Positions 51,205 to 63,258 are shown, counted from the first letter of the whole stretch. The stretch is 63,258 nt of DNA, filler included, from Octopus bimaculoides (GCF_001194135.2; 8 parts of 8 records of this genome joined end to end with filler, not necessarily neighbours in it), one strand, 5' to 3'. Program-made: numbers and translations. Notes: generated by a model from the sequence alone, not told the origin.

Positions 51205-52405
51205 GCATTTCTACTCCAATTACTCTTATTCCGTGTCATCGCGCGTGGTTCTGTTCAGATTCCTAGAAGTATTATTATCGGTTATGTAAATCTTTCTCGA
51301 GTTATTATCATTTGTGTTATTACATAAATTTACATTAACGCAACTATCTGGGATTATATCATTAGGTGTTATGCGACTAACGTCGAATAGTTGCCAATGG
51401 GATACCTGGGGAATCACCAGTAGTTCATTATCTTCATTACTATTAACTATGTTATCTATATTGTTCCTGGCTAAACCAGCGTTCTCAGGGCTATCATTGG
51501 TATTACTGATATTTACAAACATACGGTTCTAAGAATTGTTACTAGGGGTTAATTTGCTATTATCATTATAATTATTACTTTCACGGGCTGACATAATATT
51601 TTCTCTATTGGAGGGTGCTATAAGTGTACATAGATTTGGAAGGGTGGAGTATGTTAGTCTGTTTTTTTATACGGGAGAAAAGTGTGCTATACTCATGTGA
51701 AGCTGGAAAGTTTTTCTGTAAAATCATAATTCTCTATATGTTAGTGGATATTGCGCAATTGAAAGGGAGATAATACTATACTATATCTTTATTCTTTGGA
51801 TGCTTATGCCTATGAAAGCAGACACTATCAGTCGTTTTGTTGTCTCTCGAGTCACCAGATACATTATTAATACCGCTATTACTACCGTATTTATTTTATT
51901 GCTAGTACAGTGGAGGCAAAATGGTCCAGTGGTTAGGGCAGCGGACTGGGGTGGTGGCGAACCCTGCTGTACTTTTTCACCACGACTTTCTCTCACTTTT
52001 TCTTCCTGTTTCTGTTGTACCTGTATTTCAAAGGGCCAACCTAGTTACACTCTGTGTCACGCTGAATCTCCCCGAGAACTACGTTAAGGGTACACGTGTC
52101 TGTGGAGTGCTCAGCCACTTGCAGGTGAATTTCACGAGCAGGCTGCTAGGTTGATCAGATCAACTGGAAACCTCGTCGTCGTAACCGACTAAGTGCTACA
52201 ATTACTAGTACTAAATATCTATTCATACTGTACATATCTTCTCTAATACTATACATACAAGCAATGGATCTATTCTTAGTATCTGTTTTATTATTGTTAT
52301 ACTTTTTATTCTTGATTATGATATGATTATTATGTACATTTTTACGAGGTCTATACGCCACGTTATACGAATTATTGCTTTTGTTTTGGCTATCATCATC
52401 ATCAC

Positions 52406-52450
<45 letters not shown>

Positions 52451-52626
52451 CATCATTATTATTATTATTACTATATTTAGCGGGTTTCACACTTTCTGAT
52501 TTAAGGTGCTCAATCTCCTGTTTATATCCCGCTTTCAATGACACTTATACATCCCTGTTAGTCATTCATATTTTGCTCACCAACCCTGGAATCTACACGT
52601 CGGAAGTATTTGTAAACTACCTTTAT
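50560..52626 (-). mobile_element. Penelope-like element remnant (post-RT linker and GIY-YIG endonuclease)
   Basis: SLKAGYKQEIE (~52510-52541). TCRERSRCSLSDQCLAGDTVYNCTILTENNNFIFTGCS (in ORF 51015-51239). HFSSFRLMNKTNSTSLSTKIWEL, then after a frameshift KWDLVRRARPYTNNQYGCRLCC...NLIN. These match the PLE GIY-YIG C-terminal pattern. Poly-Asn tracts present; a family C SINE is inserted at 51909-52195. Confidence 0.75.
51909..52195 (+). mobile_element. Family C SINE with an internal deletion
   Basis: GGAGGCAAAATGGTCCAGTGGTTAGGGCAGCGGACT jumps to GGGGTGGTGGCGAACCCTG; intact 3' tail. Confidence 0.85.
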
Positions 52627-53080
52627 NNNNNNNNNNNNNNNNNNNNNNNNNNNNNNNNNNNNNNNNNNNNNNNNNNNNNNNNNNNNNNNNNNNNNNNNNN
52701 NNNNNNNNNNNNNNNNNNNNNNNNNNNNNNNNNNNNNNNNNNNNNNNNNNNNNNNNNNNNNNNNNNNNNNNNNNNNNNNNNNNNNNNNNNNNNNNNNNNN
52801 NNNNNNNNNNNNNNNNNNNNNNNNNNNNNNNNNNNNNNNNNNNNNNNNNNNNNNNNNNNNNNNNTATATATTTCGTGATACGTTAGGAAATGGTGCGCTA
52901 TATCACTGTTTCGGCTCCAGTCAAGTATAACGAACTACTGCATGCATACACATTCCCCTTTTCACAATCAATGTAATTTAGCACAAATCATATTGAATTA
53001 CAATATTCTCTTGAAATATGTGCGTATATATATCATATGTATTTATATATGTGTGTGTATATGTGTGTGTGTGTGTGTGC

Positions 53081-53119
<39 letters not shown>

Positions 53120-53627
53120 ACAATTGATCGTTTTTTTGTTTTCTGGTACCTTTCTTTTAGTGAGTACAATAATTTTGGTTATACAATAATTGCACTCAGT
53201 ATTCACGATAAGTTCCTCTTTCCTGTCAAACAGTTGATATTTTAGACAGAAAATACAAGAGAAAAAAAATTCTCATTGACAAGAACCCAATTACATTCAA
53301 TATATTGGTTCGTAGCTTTATTATATCTCGATTGTGTGATACGTGAATGTTGGCAATTCTGAAATTCAATATTAACGATTTGGGGAGGAAGGAAGGTATG
53401 CAGCATTGTGATAAATATTTTGAAGGGCGAGGCCATGTATTATTGAATCGAAGTAGGTATATTGCTGGCACTTGATGACCTCACAAGAATCTGGTGACAA
53501 ATGAATGGTGTCATTGATTCAAGACTTTTTGCATTTTGGCGGAACTAAATCGAAGGGCGCTGCTCGCAACAAATAAATTATTCAGAAAAAATCAGTAGCA
53601 ACAACTATAAGGATAATAATCAACGTA

Positions 53628-53629
53628 AC

Positions 53630-53700
<71 letters not shown>
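53628..53700. repeat. (AAT)n microsatellite
   Basis: Direct reading. Confidence 0.95.
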
Positions 53701-53828
53701 TAATACTAATTGTTATTATTATTATTTCNNNNNNNNNNNNNNNNNNNNNNNNNNNNNNNNNNNNNNNNNNNNTTAATTAATTAANNNNNNNNNNNNNNNN
53801 NNNNNNNNNNNNNNNNNNNNNNNNNNNN

Positions 53829-54457
53829 AGATGCGGGCGGGACAGGGAAACCGTCCCGCATGCTATTGTACAATGTTCGCAGGTGTCGGAGGTGTGGGTA
53901 TGTGCTGAACAACTGTTGTCAGGTACTAGAAGAGTACAGCTATCGACTGAATCAATTGTAAAAATTGACCCGCCGGATTTCCTCTCGAAAGAAGGTAAGA
54001 TTTGTTTTCTCACTGTGGTAGCAATTGCGAGACAGGTTATTTGGAAAACGAGGATGAAAGGTATAAAGTCAGGCATTTTCATATCTAGCTCTGCACTGGT
54101 GAATTATTTCACCTTCCACCTCAAAAGAAAAGTAGAACTAGAGAGGAAACGCCTGACTGCGAAAATGTTTGAGAGTCGATGGAAGAGTGTAGCACGAAAG
54201 TTGCGAATGAATGTAACCGCATGAATGAGACGAAGGACTCATCTCAGTTATCAGTGGCGAGGCGGGGTCCGTACTAAACCCGCCTTATCACTCCATCCGT
54301 AATGTCTTCCGGTCTGTCGCATCATTCGATTTTATTCCGATTTCATTGTCCAAAATTTTTAAATGCATGTTTCTGTAAATTCATCCGTTTCATCTGACCC
54401 CAAATCAGATTGTATCGTCCCCTCTATGTCGCCCCTTGTGGGAAATAAAATAAAAAT
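53829..54457 (+). mobile_element. Young L1/Tx1-type LINE 3' end (ORF2 C-terminus plus 3' UTR)
   Basis: Open frame RCGRDRETVPHAIVQCSQVSEVW...VVAIARQVIWKTRMKG...FESRWKSVARKLRMNVTA* (zinc knuckle and IW.R motif), a stem-loop AGGCGGG/CCCGCCT after the stop, and an A-rich end AAATAAAATAAAAA. Confidence 0.8.
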
Positions 54458-55334
54458 TAGAAATATATGCAGTGGATGGAACATTTAAATATTGGATGTA
54501 ATTCATAGGATTTACCAATATTATATTATATATTTAATTATTGCGAAATAACGCAATAAATCTAACAAGATGGACTCCACTACAATAGTGTACTGTGATT
54601 CTCAAATATTCTGAAAAATATACCAACATCAAAAACTGTATATCATATAAAATATCTACAAACGAAAAATATGAATTCTCCAAATTATATGAGGGAATGG
54701 ATTTACAAATTCTCAAAGGACAGTATTATTTTTAATATTTTTAATATTCTTAATATTTTTTAATATTTTGATTAATATCATCCTATAGCATATTTTATTA
54801 TGTATACCATTCGTTTTCACATATATAATAATAACTTTATACATCTCTGAAGAGCGGAATTATTGCCAATATGCTTGTATNNNNNNNNNNNNNNNNNNNN
54901 NNNNNNNNNNNNNNNNNNNNNNNNNNNNNNNNNNNNNNNNNNNNNNNNNNNNNNNNNNNNNNNNNNNNNNNNNNNNNNNNNNNNNNNNNNNNNNNNNNNN
55001 NNNNNNNNNNNNNNNNNNNNNNNNNNNNNNNNNNNNNNNNNNNNNNNNNNNNNNNNNNNNNNNNNNNNNNNNNNNNNNNNNNNNNNNNNNNNNNNNNNNN
55101 NNNNNNNNNNNNNNNNNNNNNNNNNNNNNNNNNNNNNNNNNNNNNNNNNNNNNNNNNNNNNNNNNNNNNNNNNNNNNNNNNNNNNNNNNNNNNNNNNNNN
55201 NNNNNNNNNNNNNNNNNNNNNNNNNNTGTGTGTGTGTGTGTGTGTGTGTGTAGACGACCGTGCGAACCAAAGGAGAAATGGTGACGAATGGAAACAGGCT
55301 CCTTTTAACGCGTCGCACGGTCGACACAAAATAT

Positions 55335-55958
55335 ATGATATGTTATAATACTATAACATAATAGAACGTGGAGATGCCAGTAAGGAAAAGTTAGAGAGTC
55401 AACCGGTAAAGATGTATAACAGTAAGGTTTATTAGAGCATTAAACTGTATGTCTGTGTGTGAGTGAATGCGACATAATAAAACACAATATAAGACAGGCC
55501 GTCATGTAAACAAAGAGTGTGTATACAAATATATGTATGTTAATGCAAGAGATACAGAGGATCGAAAAGAGTCTGTAATAAGGACGTCAAAAGTAAGTCC
55601 AGACACCAGGATGTGAAATACCAGTTCTCAGTTAAAGTACACAGTAGTTGAAAGTCTGTATATAAGAGGTTTAGGCGTTGAGGCAGAGCTAAGTCACTTG
55701 TCGTGCAGTTGAGGCTTCTATACCGGGCCGGGCAACTTGATACAGATGGTCTTTCGCAGGGGTCGAATTCTGGCTGTTAATTCGTGGTGAGGCAATTCAC
55801 ACAAACAGGGTTGAGAAGCTGCGGTTGCTTGTGTACGTGGAGAAATCATGTTGACGTTGGCGACGTTGGGGACGAAGGTTGTAGTAAACAGTGGAACGAT
55901 GGTGCTGATGTCGTCGCTGGAAACTGGCTGGCTGTGTTACGTGGGGTCAACGACCAGA
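55335..55958 (-). mobile_element. Possible solo or partial LTR
   Basis: On the minus strand: GC-richer U3-like part, TATATA-like box, AATAAA, ending ...TATAACA. No PBS or internal ORF seen. Confidence 0.25.
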
Positions 55959-56058
55959 NNNNNNNNNNNNNNNNNNNNNNNNNNNNNNNNNNNNNNNNNN
56001 NNTTAATTAATTAANNNNNNNNNNNNNNNNNNNNNNNNNNNNNNNNNNNNNNNNNNNN

Positions 56059-56101
<43 letters not shown>

Positions 56102-56150
56102 TCTCTTTCTCACACACGTGTGTGTATTTGAATAGAGTGACAGACATCAC

Positions 56151-56196
<46 letters not shown>

Positions 56197-56353
56197 CGAT
56201 AGATAAAGGGACGGAGAGAGTTCAGAAGAGAGAAAGTCGGAGTAACAATATTTCGTGAAGTTTTCTCTTTCTGTTAAAATTTGATTGTTCTCTCCGTCTC
56301 TGACTTTGGTCCCCCCCTCTCTCTTTCTCTTTCCCCCTCTCTATCTCTCTTTC

Positions 56354-56386
<33 letters not shown>

Positions 56387-56391
56387 ATGCG

Positions 56392-56430
<39 letters not shown>

Positions 56431-57126
56431 TAGATATTTGTATTTCACGGAGTTCCACTCAATTCGTGTAAACAAAGCATTTCCCTCTTATAATAACCCT
56501 AACCCTAACCAATCATATCTCAGAGCCGTGACACACACTCGACGTCTACTTCTCTCTCTCTTCTCTCTCCTCCTCCTCCTCCTCCTCCTCCTCTTCTACC
56601 CTCTTATTTTTGCTGTTGCTCTTTTCACCTCTGCTTTCTAATATTCTCTACTCACGCTCTCCCTCTCTCATTCTTTTCCTATCTTTCTCTTTTCTTCCCC
56701 CCTCTCTCATTTCACTCTTACTCCCTGCCTCATCTCTCTCCTTCTCTTTGCTCTTCACCATTCTCCTTTACACCAATACCTCTGCCACTGCCTTACTTTT
56801 CCCCTCCTTCACCAATTCCTTCCTCCCTTCCTTTCTTTCTCTCTCTGCTCTTTCCTCCACCTTTCTCTCTCTGCCCTTTCTTTCACTACTTCTCTCAACC
56901 ATATTACTCTCTTTCTGCCTCATCTTTACGTCACTCTCTTCAATATTTCTTTTTGTCTCTCTCTCTCTCTTCCCCTTTTCATTCCTCCCCCTCTCACTCT
57001 CTCACTACTTTTCCTTCTTTTCTTTCTTTACTTACCTAACTGCTGTGAAAGCAAAACACTCCCCTCAATGTCTTGCTTTCCTCTCTCTCTCTCTCTCTCC
57101 ATACATCTCCGTGTTTCTCTTTTCTC

Positions 57127-57186
<60 letters not shown>

Positions 57187-57240
57187 CCTCTCTCTCTCTT
57201 AATTTGTATATTTCTACTCCTTTTGCATTCTTTTGCCACT
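56059..57240. repeat. Compound microsatellite / CT-rich low-complexity tract
   Basis: (CA)n, (GATA)n, (CT)n, (CCT)n and degenerate polypyrimidine. The Leu/Ser ORFs are artefacts. Confidence 0.9.
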
Positions 57241-57446
57241 CCTTTCTATATTGTTTTCTTGTTTGTATCAGATTTTTCCTTTTCATGCCCCTTAATCCGA
57301 ATCACAGCGGCAAATAAAAGTAATAATAATGTTTTCTCACTAACTATTAAGAGTTCACAAAACATTGGGGACGGTATAGGACAATACAATGTGGGGTTAC
57401 ACAAAGGAGCATGTAAAAAGAAGAACAATATTAAATATAAGTTTCA

Positions 57447-58105
57447 ACTTTATGGCCAGTGTGCAAATGTTTGGACCCCGTCTTTATGGCCAGTGTGGCG
57501 GTCCAAACATTTACACAGTGTCCATAAAGTCGGTGTCCAAACATTTACACAGTGTCCATTAATTCAGGGTCCAAACATTTGCACAGTGGCGATAAATTCG
57601 GCGTCCAAACATTTAAACGGTATACATAAACTCGGGGTCCAAACCTTTACACAGTGGCCATAAACTCAGGGTCCAAACATATATACATTGGCCATAAAGT
57701 CGGGGACCAAACATTTGTACACTGGCCATAAAGTCGGGGACTGAACATTAGCACACTGGCCATTAAATCAGGGACCAAACATTTGCACACTGGCCATAAA
57801 GACGGGGACCAAACATTTGCACAGTGGCCATAAAGTTGGGCTCTAAACATTTGCAAACTGACCATAAAGTCGGGGACCAAAATTTGCACACAGGCCATAA
57901 AGTTGAGGTCTAAACATTTGCACATTGACCATAAAGTCGGGGACCAAAAGTTGAAAACTGGCCCAAAAGTCCGTGACCAAAAATTGAAGATTGGCCATAA
58001 AGTCGGTGGACCAAAAAAGGAACTCTGGCCAAAAAGTCGGGATCCAAACATTTGCACAGTGGCCATAAATTCGGGGTCCAAACATTTGCACAGTGGCCAT
58101 AAATT
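57447..58105. repeat. 34-bp minisatellite (continues into the gap), first ~1.5 units inverted
   Basis: Unit CCAAACATTTGCACAGTGGCCATAAA(G/T)TCGGGG(A/T); period 34 (58044 to 58078). 57447-57497 is the reverse complement of the unit. Confidence 0.95.
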
Positions 58106-58935
58106 NNNNNNNNNNNNNNNNNNNNNNNNNNNNNNNNNNNNNNNNNNNNNNNNNNNNNNNNNNNNNNNNNNNNNNNNNNNNNNNNNNNNNNNNNNNNNNN
58201 NNNNNNNNNNNNNNNNNNNNNNNNNNNNNNNNNNNNNNNNNNNNNNNNNNNNNNNNNNNNNNNNNNNNNNNNNNNNNNNNNNNNNNNNNNNNNNNNNNNN
58301 NNNNNNNNNNNNNNNNNNNNNNNNNNNNNNNNNNNNNNNNNNNNNNNNNNNNNNNNNNNNNNNNNNNNNNNNNNNNNNNNNNNNNNNNNNNNNNNNNNNN
58401 NNNNNNNNNNNNNNNNNNNNNNNNNNNNNNNNNNNNNNNNNNNNNNNNNNNNNNNNNNNNNNNNNNNNNNNNNNNNNNNNNNNNNNNNNNNNNNNNNNNN
58501 NNNNNNNNNNNNNNNNNNNNNNNNNNNNNNNNNNNNNNNNNNNNNNNNNNNNNNNNNNNNNNNNNNNNNNNNNNNNNNNNNNNNNNNNNNNNNNNNNNNN
58601 NNNNNNNNNNNNNNNNNNNNNNNNNNNNNNNNNNNNNNNNNNNNNNNNNNNNNNNNNNNNNNNNNNNNNNNNNNNNNNNNNNNNNNNNNNNNNNNNNNNN
58701 NNNNNNNNNNNNNNNNNNNNNNNNNNNNNNNNNNNNNNNNNNNNNNNNNNNNNNNNNNNNNNNNNNNNNNNNNNNNNNNNNNNNNNNNNNNNNNNNNNNN
58801 NNNNNNNNNNNNNNNNNNNNNNNNNNNNNNNNNNNNNNNNNNNNNNNNNNNNNNNNNNNNNNNNNNNNNNNNNNNNNNNNNNNNNNNNNNNNNNNNNNNN
58901 NNNNNNNNNNNNNNNNNNNNNNNNNNNNNNNNNNN

Positions 58936-61900
58936 GGGAACGACAATTTATTCTCCCCACTTGCAGGGAGTGACGATTTACTCTCCGCACTCGCAGGGAA
59001 TGACAATTTACTCTCCGCACTCGCAGGGAACGGCAATTTACTCTCCGCACTCGCAGGGAACGACAATTTACTCTCGGCACTTGCTGGGAACGATGACTTA
59101 ATCTCCGCACTCGCAGGAAACGACAATTTACTGTCCGCACTCGCAGGGAACGACGATTTACTGTCCGCACACGCAGGGAACGACGATTTACTCTCCGCAC
59201 ACGTAGGGAACGACGATTTACTCTACGCACTCGCAGGGAACGACGATTTACTCTCTGCACTCGCAGGAACGACAATTTACTCTCCGCACGCGCAGTAAAC
59301 GACAATTTACTCTCCGCACCGGCAGAAAACGACAATTTACTATAAGCACACGCAGGGAACGACAATTTACTCTGCGCACTCACAGGGAACGACGATTTAC
59401 TCTCCGCATTCACAGGGAAAGACGATTTACTCTCCGCACTGGCAGGGAAAGACGATTTACTCTCTGCACTCGCAGGTAAAGACGATTTACACTCCGCACT
59501 CGCAGGAAACGACGATTTACGCCTCTCCCTCGCAGGGAACAATGATTTACTCCTCTCAAACACAGAGAACGACGATTTACTCCCCGTACTCGCAGGGACC
59601 GGCGATTTACTCTCCGCACTCGCAGGGAACGACGATTTACTCTACGCACTCGCAGGGAACGACAATTTACTTCTCGCACTCGCAGGGAACGCCGATTTAC
59701 TCTCCGCACTCGCAGGGAACGACGATTTACTCTCCGCACTCGCAGGGAACGTCTATTTACTCTTCGCACTTGCAGGGAACGACAATTTACGCTCCACGCT
59801 CACAGTGAACGACAATTTACACTCCACACTCGAAGGGAACGACGATATACGCATCTCCCTCGGAGGAAACGACGATTTACTCTCCGGACTCGCAGGGAAC
59901 GAAGATTTACGCCACTCCCACGCAGGGAACGACGATTTACGCCTCTAACCCGCAGGGAACGACGATTTGTCCCTCTCAATCGTCTGGAACGACGATGTAC
60001 TCTCCGCAATCGCAGGAACGACAATTTATTGTCCGCACACGCAGGGAACGATAATTTACTCTCCGCACTCGCAGGGAACGACAAGTTGCTCTCCGCACAC
60101 NNNNNNNNNNCCACGCAGGGAACGACGATTTACGCCTCTAACCCGCAGGGAACGACGATTTGTCCCTCTCAATCGTCTGGAACGACGATGTACTCTCCGC
60201 AATCGCAGGAACGACAATTTATTGTCCGCACACGCAGGGAACGATAATTTACTCTCCGCACTCGCAGGGAACGACAAGTTGCTCTCCGCACACGCTGGGA
60301 ACGAAGATTTAATCTCCGCACTCGCAAGAAACGACAATATACTCTCTGCACTCGCAGGGAACGACAATTTACTCTCCGCACTCGCACGGAACGACGATTT
60401 ACGCCTCTCCCTCGCAGGGAACGACGATTTACACCTCTCAAACGCAGGGAAAGACGATTTACTCCCCGTACTCGCAGGGAACGACGATTTTCTCTCCGCA
60501 CTCGCACGGAACGACGATTTACTCTCCGCACTCGCAGGGAACGACAAATGGCTTCCGGCATTCGCAGGGAACGACGATTTACTGACCGCACTCGCCGGAA
60601 CGACAATTTACTCTCCGCACACGCAGGGAACGACAATTAACTCACTGCACCCGCAGGGAACGACGATTTACTCTCCGCACACGCAGGAAACGACAATTTA
60701 CACTCCACACTCGCAAGGAACGACGATTTACAACACTCCCACGCAGGGAACGACGATTTACGCCTCTAACCCACAGGGTGCGACGATTTATCCCTCTCAA
60801 TCTCAGGGAACAACGATTTACTCCCCGCACTCGCAGGAAACGACGATTTACTCCCCGCACTCGCAGGGAACAACTATTTACTTTCCGCAATCGCACGGAA
60901 CGACGATTTGCTCCCCGCACTCGCAGGGAATGAAGAATTACTAACCGCACGCGCAGGGAACGTAGATTTAATCCTCTCACTCGACAATTTACTCTCCGCA
61001 CTAGCAAGGAACGACAATTTACTCTCCGCACTCGCAAGGAACGATAATTTACTCTCCGCGCTCACAGGGAACGACAATTTACTCTCCGTACTCGCAGGGA
61101 ACGACGATTTACGCCTCTCGCTCGCAGGGAACGAAGATTTACTCCTCTCAAACGCACGGAACGATGATTTACTCCCTGTACTCGCAGGGAATGACGATTT
61201 ACTCTCCGCACACGTAGGGAATGACGATTTGCTCTCCGCACTGGCAAGGAACGACGATTTACTCTCCGCACTCGCAGAAAACGACAGTTCACTCTCCGCA
61301 CAGGCAGGGAACAACAATTTACTCTCCGCACTCGCAGGAAAGGAAAATTTACTCTCCGCACTCGCAGGGAACGACAATTTACTCTCCGCGCTCGCAGGGA
61401 ACGACAATTTACTCCCCGCACTATCAGGAAACGTCGATTAACTTTTCGCACTCGCAGGGAACGACGATTTACTCATCGCACTCGCAGGGAACTACGATTT
61501 ACTCTCTACACACGCAGGAAACAACAATTTACTCTCCTCACTCGCAGGGAACGACAATTAACTCTCCGCACTCGCAGGAACGACAATTTACTCTCCAAAC
61601 TTGCAGGGAACGATAATTTACTATCCGTACTCGAAGGAACGACAATTTGCTGACCGCAGAGAACGCGATATTACTCCCCGCACTCGAAGGAACGACATAT
61701 TTACTCTCCGCACTTGCAATGAACGACAATTTACTAACCGCACGCGCAGGGAACGACAATTTGCTCTACGCACTCGCAATGAACGACGATTTACTATCCG
61801 CACTCGAACGGTACGACAATTTACTCTCCGCAGACGCAAACAACGACAATTTACTCTCCACACTCGCAGAAAACGACAATTTACTCTCCGCACTCGCAGG

Positions 61901-62010
61901 TAACGACAATTTAATAACCGCACAGGCAGAGAACGACAATTTACGCTCCGCATTCGCAGAAAGCGACAACTTACACTCCGCAATCGCAGGGAACGACAAT
62001 TTACTCTCCG
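58936..62010. repeat. 30-bp minisatellite/satellite array with higher-order structure
   Basis: Unit GGGAACGAC(G/A)ATTTACTCTCCGCACTCGCA, about 100 copies, with occasional 29-bp units. Confidence 0.97.
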
Positions 62011-62639
62011 NNNNNNNNNNNNNNNNNNNNNNNNNNNNNNNNNNNNNNNNNNNNTTAATTAATTAANNNNNNNNNNNNNNNNNNNNNNNNNNNNNNNNNN
62101 NNNNNNNNNNCACTCAGTTTCTGCCATCATACTCTTGCTTCTTTTACCCACTCATCCTGGTTCTTCTGTTATCACTTTTTCTCCTATCAGCCTTGGTCAC
62201 ATTGCCTAGAACAAATGGAGATACTGTAGAGTAGCAAGGATGCAAAGTGTCTTGAGGAGGCACAAGATAAACTCACTACTGCTGGTGTCACAATATTATG
62301 CATCAAGAAATTTCAGTGAAATGGGTAATAAACAAGTGGAGACAATAAATAGTTGAGAAGACAACTTCTCTAGAGTTGATGCCATGAAAAAATGCACCAA
62401 TTACACTCTGTAAAGCACTTGTTTTTAGAAAAGGCATCCATCCACAGAGACCATGTCAAACATAGAACACTTGAGTGAAATGTAGGGGATAATAATTCTG
62501 GATTAGAAGTGACATGAATCAAGACAACTTGATGAACAATCAGAGTGTTTAAATTTTAAATTTCATGGATTTTATTTAGTGTTTGTATAATCAATGGTAC
62601 ATCCCAGTCAAATTATACATAAACTACAGATGTACATAA

Positions 62640-63258
62640 TTAATTATTCAGTGATACAGATTTTACATTTTCCTTGTGTATCAATCAAAGTACTGCACAG
62701 TGATTAACATATCTGACTTTAATTACAATCACCATGATGTTATCATCAACATAAGATGATATAACAGTCTACTACAAGCAGAACATCTCACTAAAATACC
62801 CATTTTCAGTTGTAATAAGTTCAGAACCAATGCATATAGAAATGGTAGCTATTTACTACTCTAACACATTCATTTTGTGATTAGAGACAGTACCACAAGC
62901 TTCCTGAATATTGAATCAAATTTCATCAGAACACAAAACAAAAATATATTAAGAATTGTTCCATGTGTTTATTTCATAAAGAATGATGCTCAATTTATAT
63001 TGAAGGAAGGTTTCAGTAGTAACCCAATGACCGACACAGGGTTACAGATTGTTATAAATAGATTCTTGCATAAAGAAATTTAAAATACTATGACTTCACT
63101 GTCACTTAATATTTAATATTCAAAAGAGCAATGAATTAGCAGAAACAATAGATTGTCAGAAAGAAATTCTGATAAGGATATGGGCATATTGTTAAGATTT
63201 CCAGACTGAGTTCAAAACCTTATAGCCAAATGGATACATGGTTAAGAAGCTGATTTGT
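62640..63258 (-). pseudogene. Possible old L1/Tx1-type RT fragment
   Basis: GNLNNMPISL, LPFLYALVL and SSYVDD (62742-62753) occur in RT order, with many stops. Confidence 0.35.

Noticed and set aside
56494-56510. (TAACCC)x2.8 telomere-like repeat
   Set aside because: Only 17 bp inside low-complexity sequence; too short to call an interstitial telomere.
57647-59563. 638-aa ORF and other ORFs over 150 aa containing X runs
   Set aside because: They read through N gaps and join unrelated repeats.
58936-62010. Long repetitive ORFs (GNDDLLSALA, GTTIYSPHSQ, RVRRVNRRSL, SFPASAESKS) suggesting a repeat protein, or a CRISPR-like array
   Set aside because: Several frames on both strands are open only because the 30-bp unit lacks stops; 29-bp units shift frame freely; there are no unique spacers or cas genes; eukaryotic context.

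Overview
AT-rich, microsatellite-dense eukaryotic (animal) DNA. The SINE repertoire and repeat style suggest a cephalopod, probably Octopus (inference; no search run). I found no host protein-coding gene I can identify with confidence. Nearly all ORFs in the track are artefacts of microsatellites, N-gaps, SINEs or minisatellites. The window is eight pieces joined by seven identical 100-bp spacers (44N-TTAATTAATTAA-44N), so adjacency across them may be artificial. Contents: (1) decayed DNA transposons: a Tc1-type copy with D-36 spacing (1-995), a DD35E Tc1 (34.8-35.8 kb), a mariner 5' half (42.5-42.9 kb), several TTAA-flanked piggyBac-type MITEs including a nested one, and a hAT MITE; (2) LINE relics: an RTE 3' end, old and young L1/Tx1-type pieces, and a Penelope-like GIY-YIG remnant; (3) at least four tRNA-derived SINE/LINE-tail families in many copies; (4) 34-bp and 30-bp minisatellite arrays at 57.4-62 kb. 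The most notable element is at 14221-14664: a 15-bp-TSD-flanked insertion with a tRNA-derived head and two inverted arms, each carrying a minimal hammerhead ribozyme. It is a candidate Penelope-mobilised, self-cleaving SINE. A second hammerhead, broken by a 7-nt micro-inversion, lies at 18961-19017, and the 3' tail of the commonest SINE matches the 3' end of a Tx1/L1-type LINE in the window.
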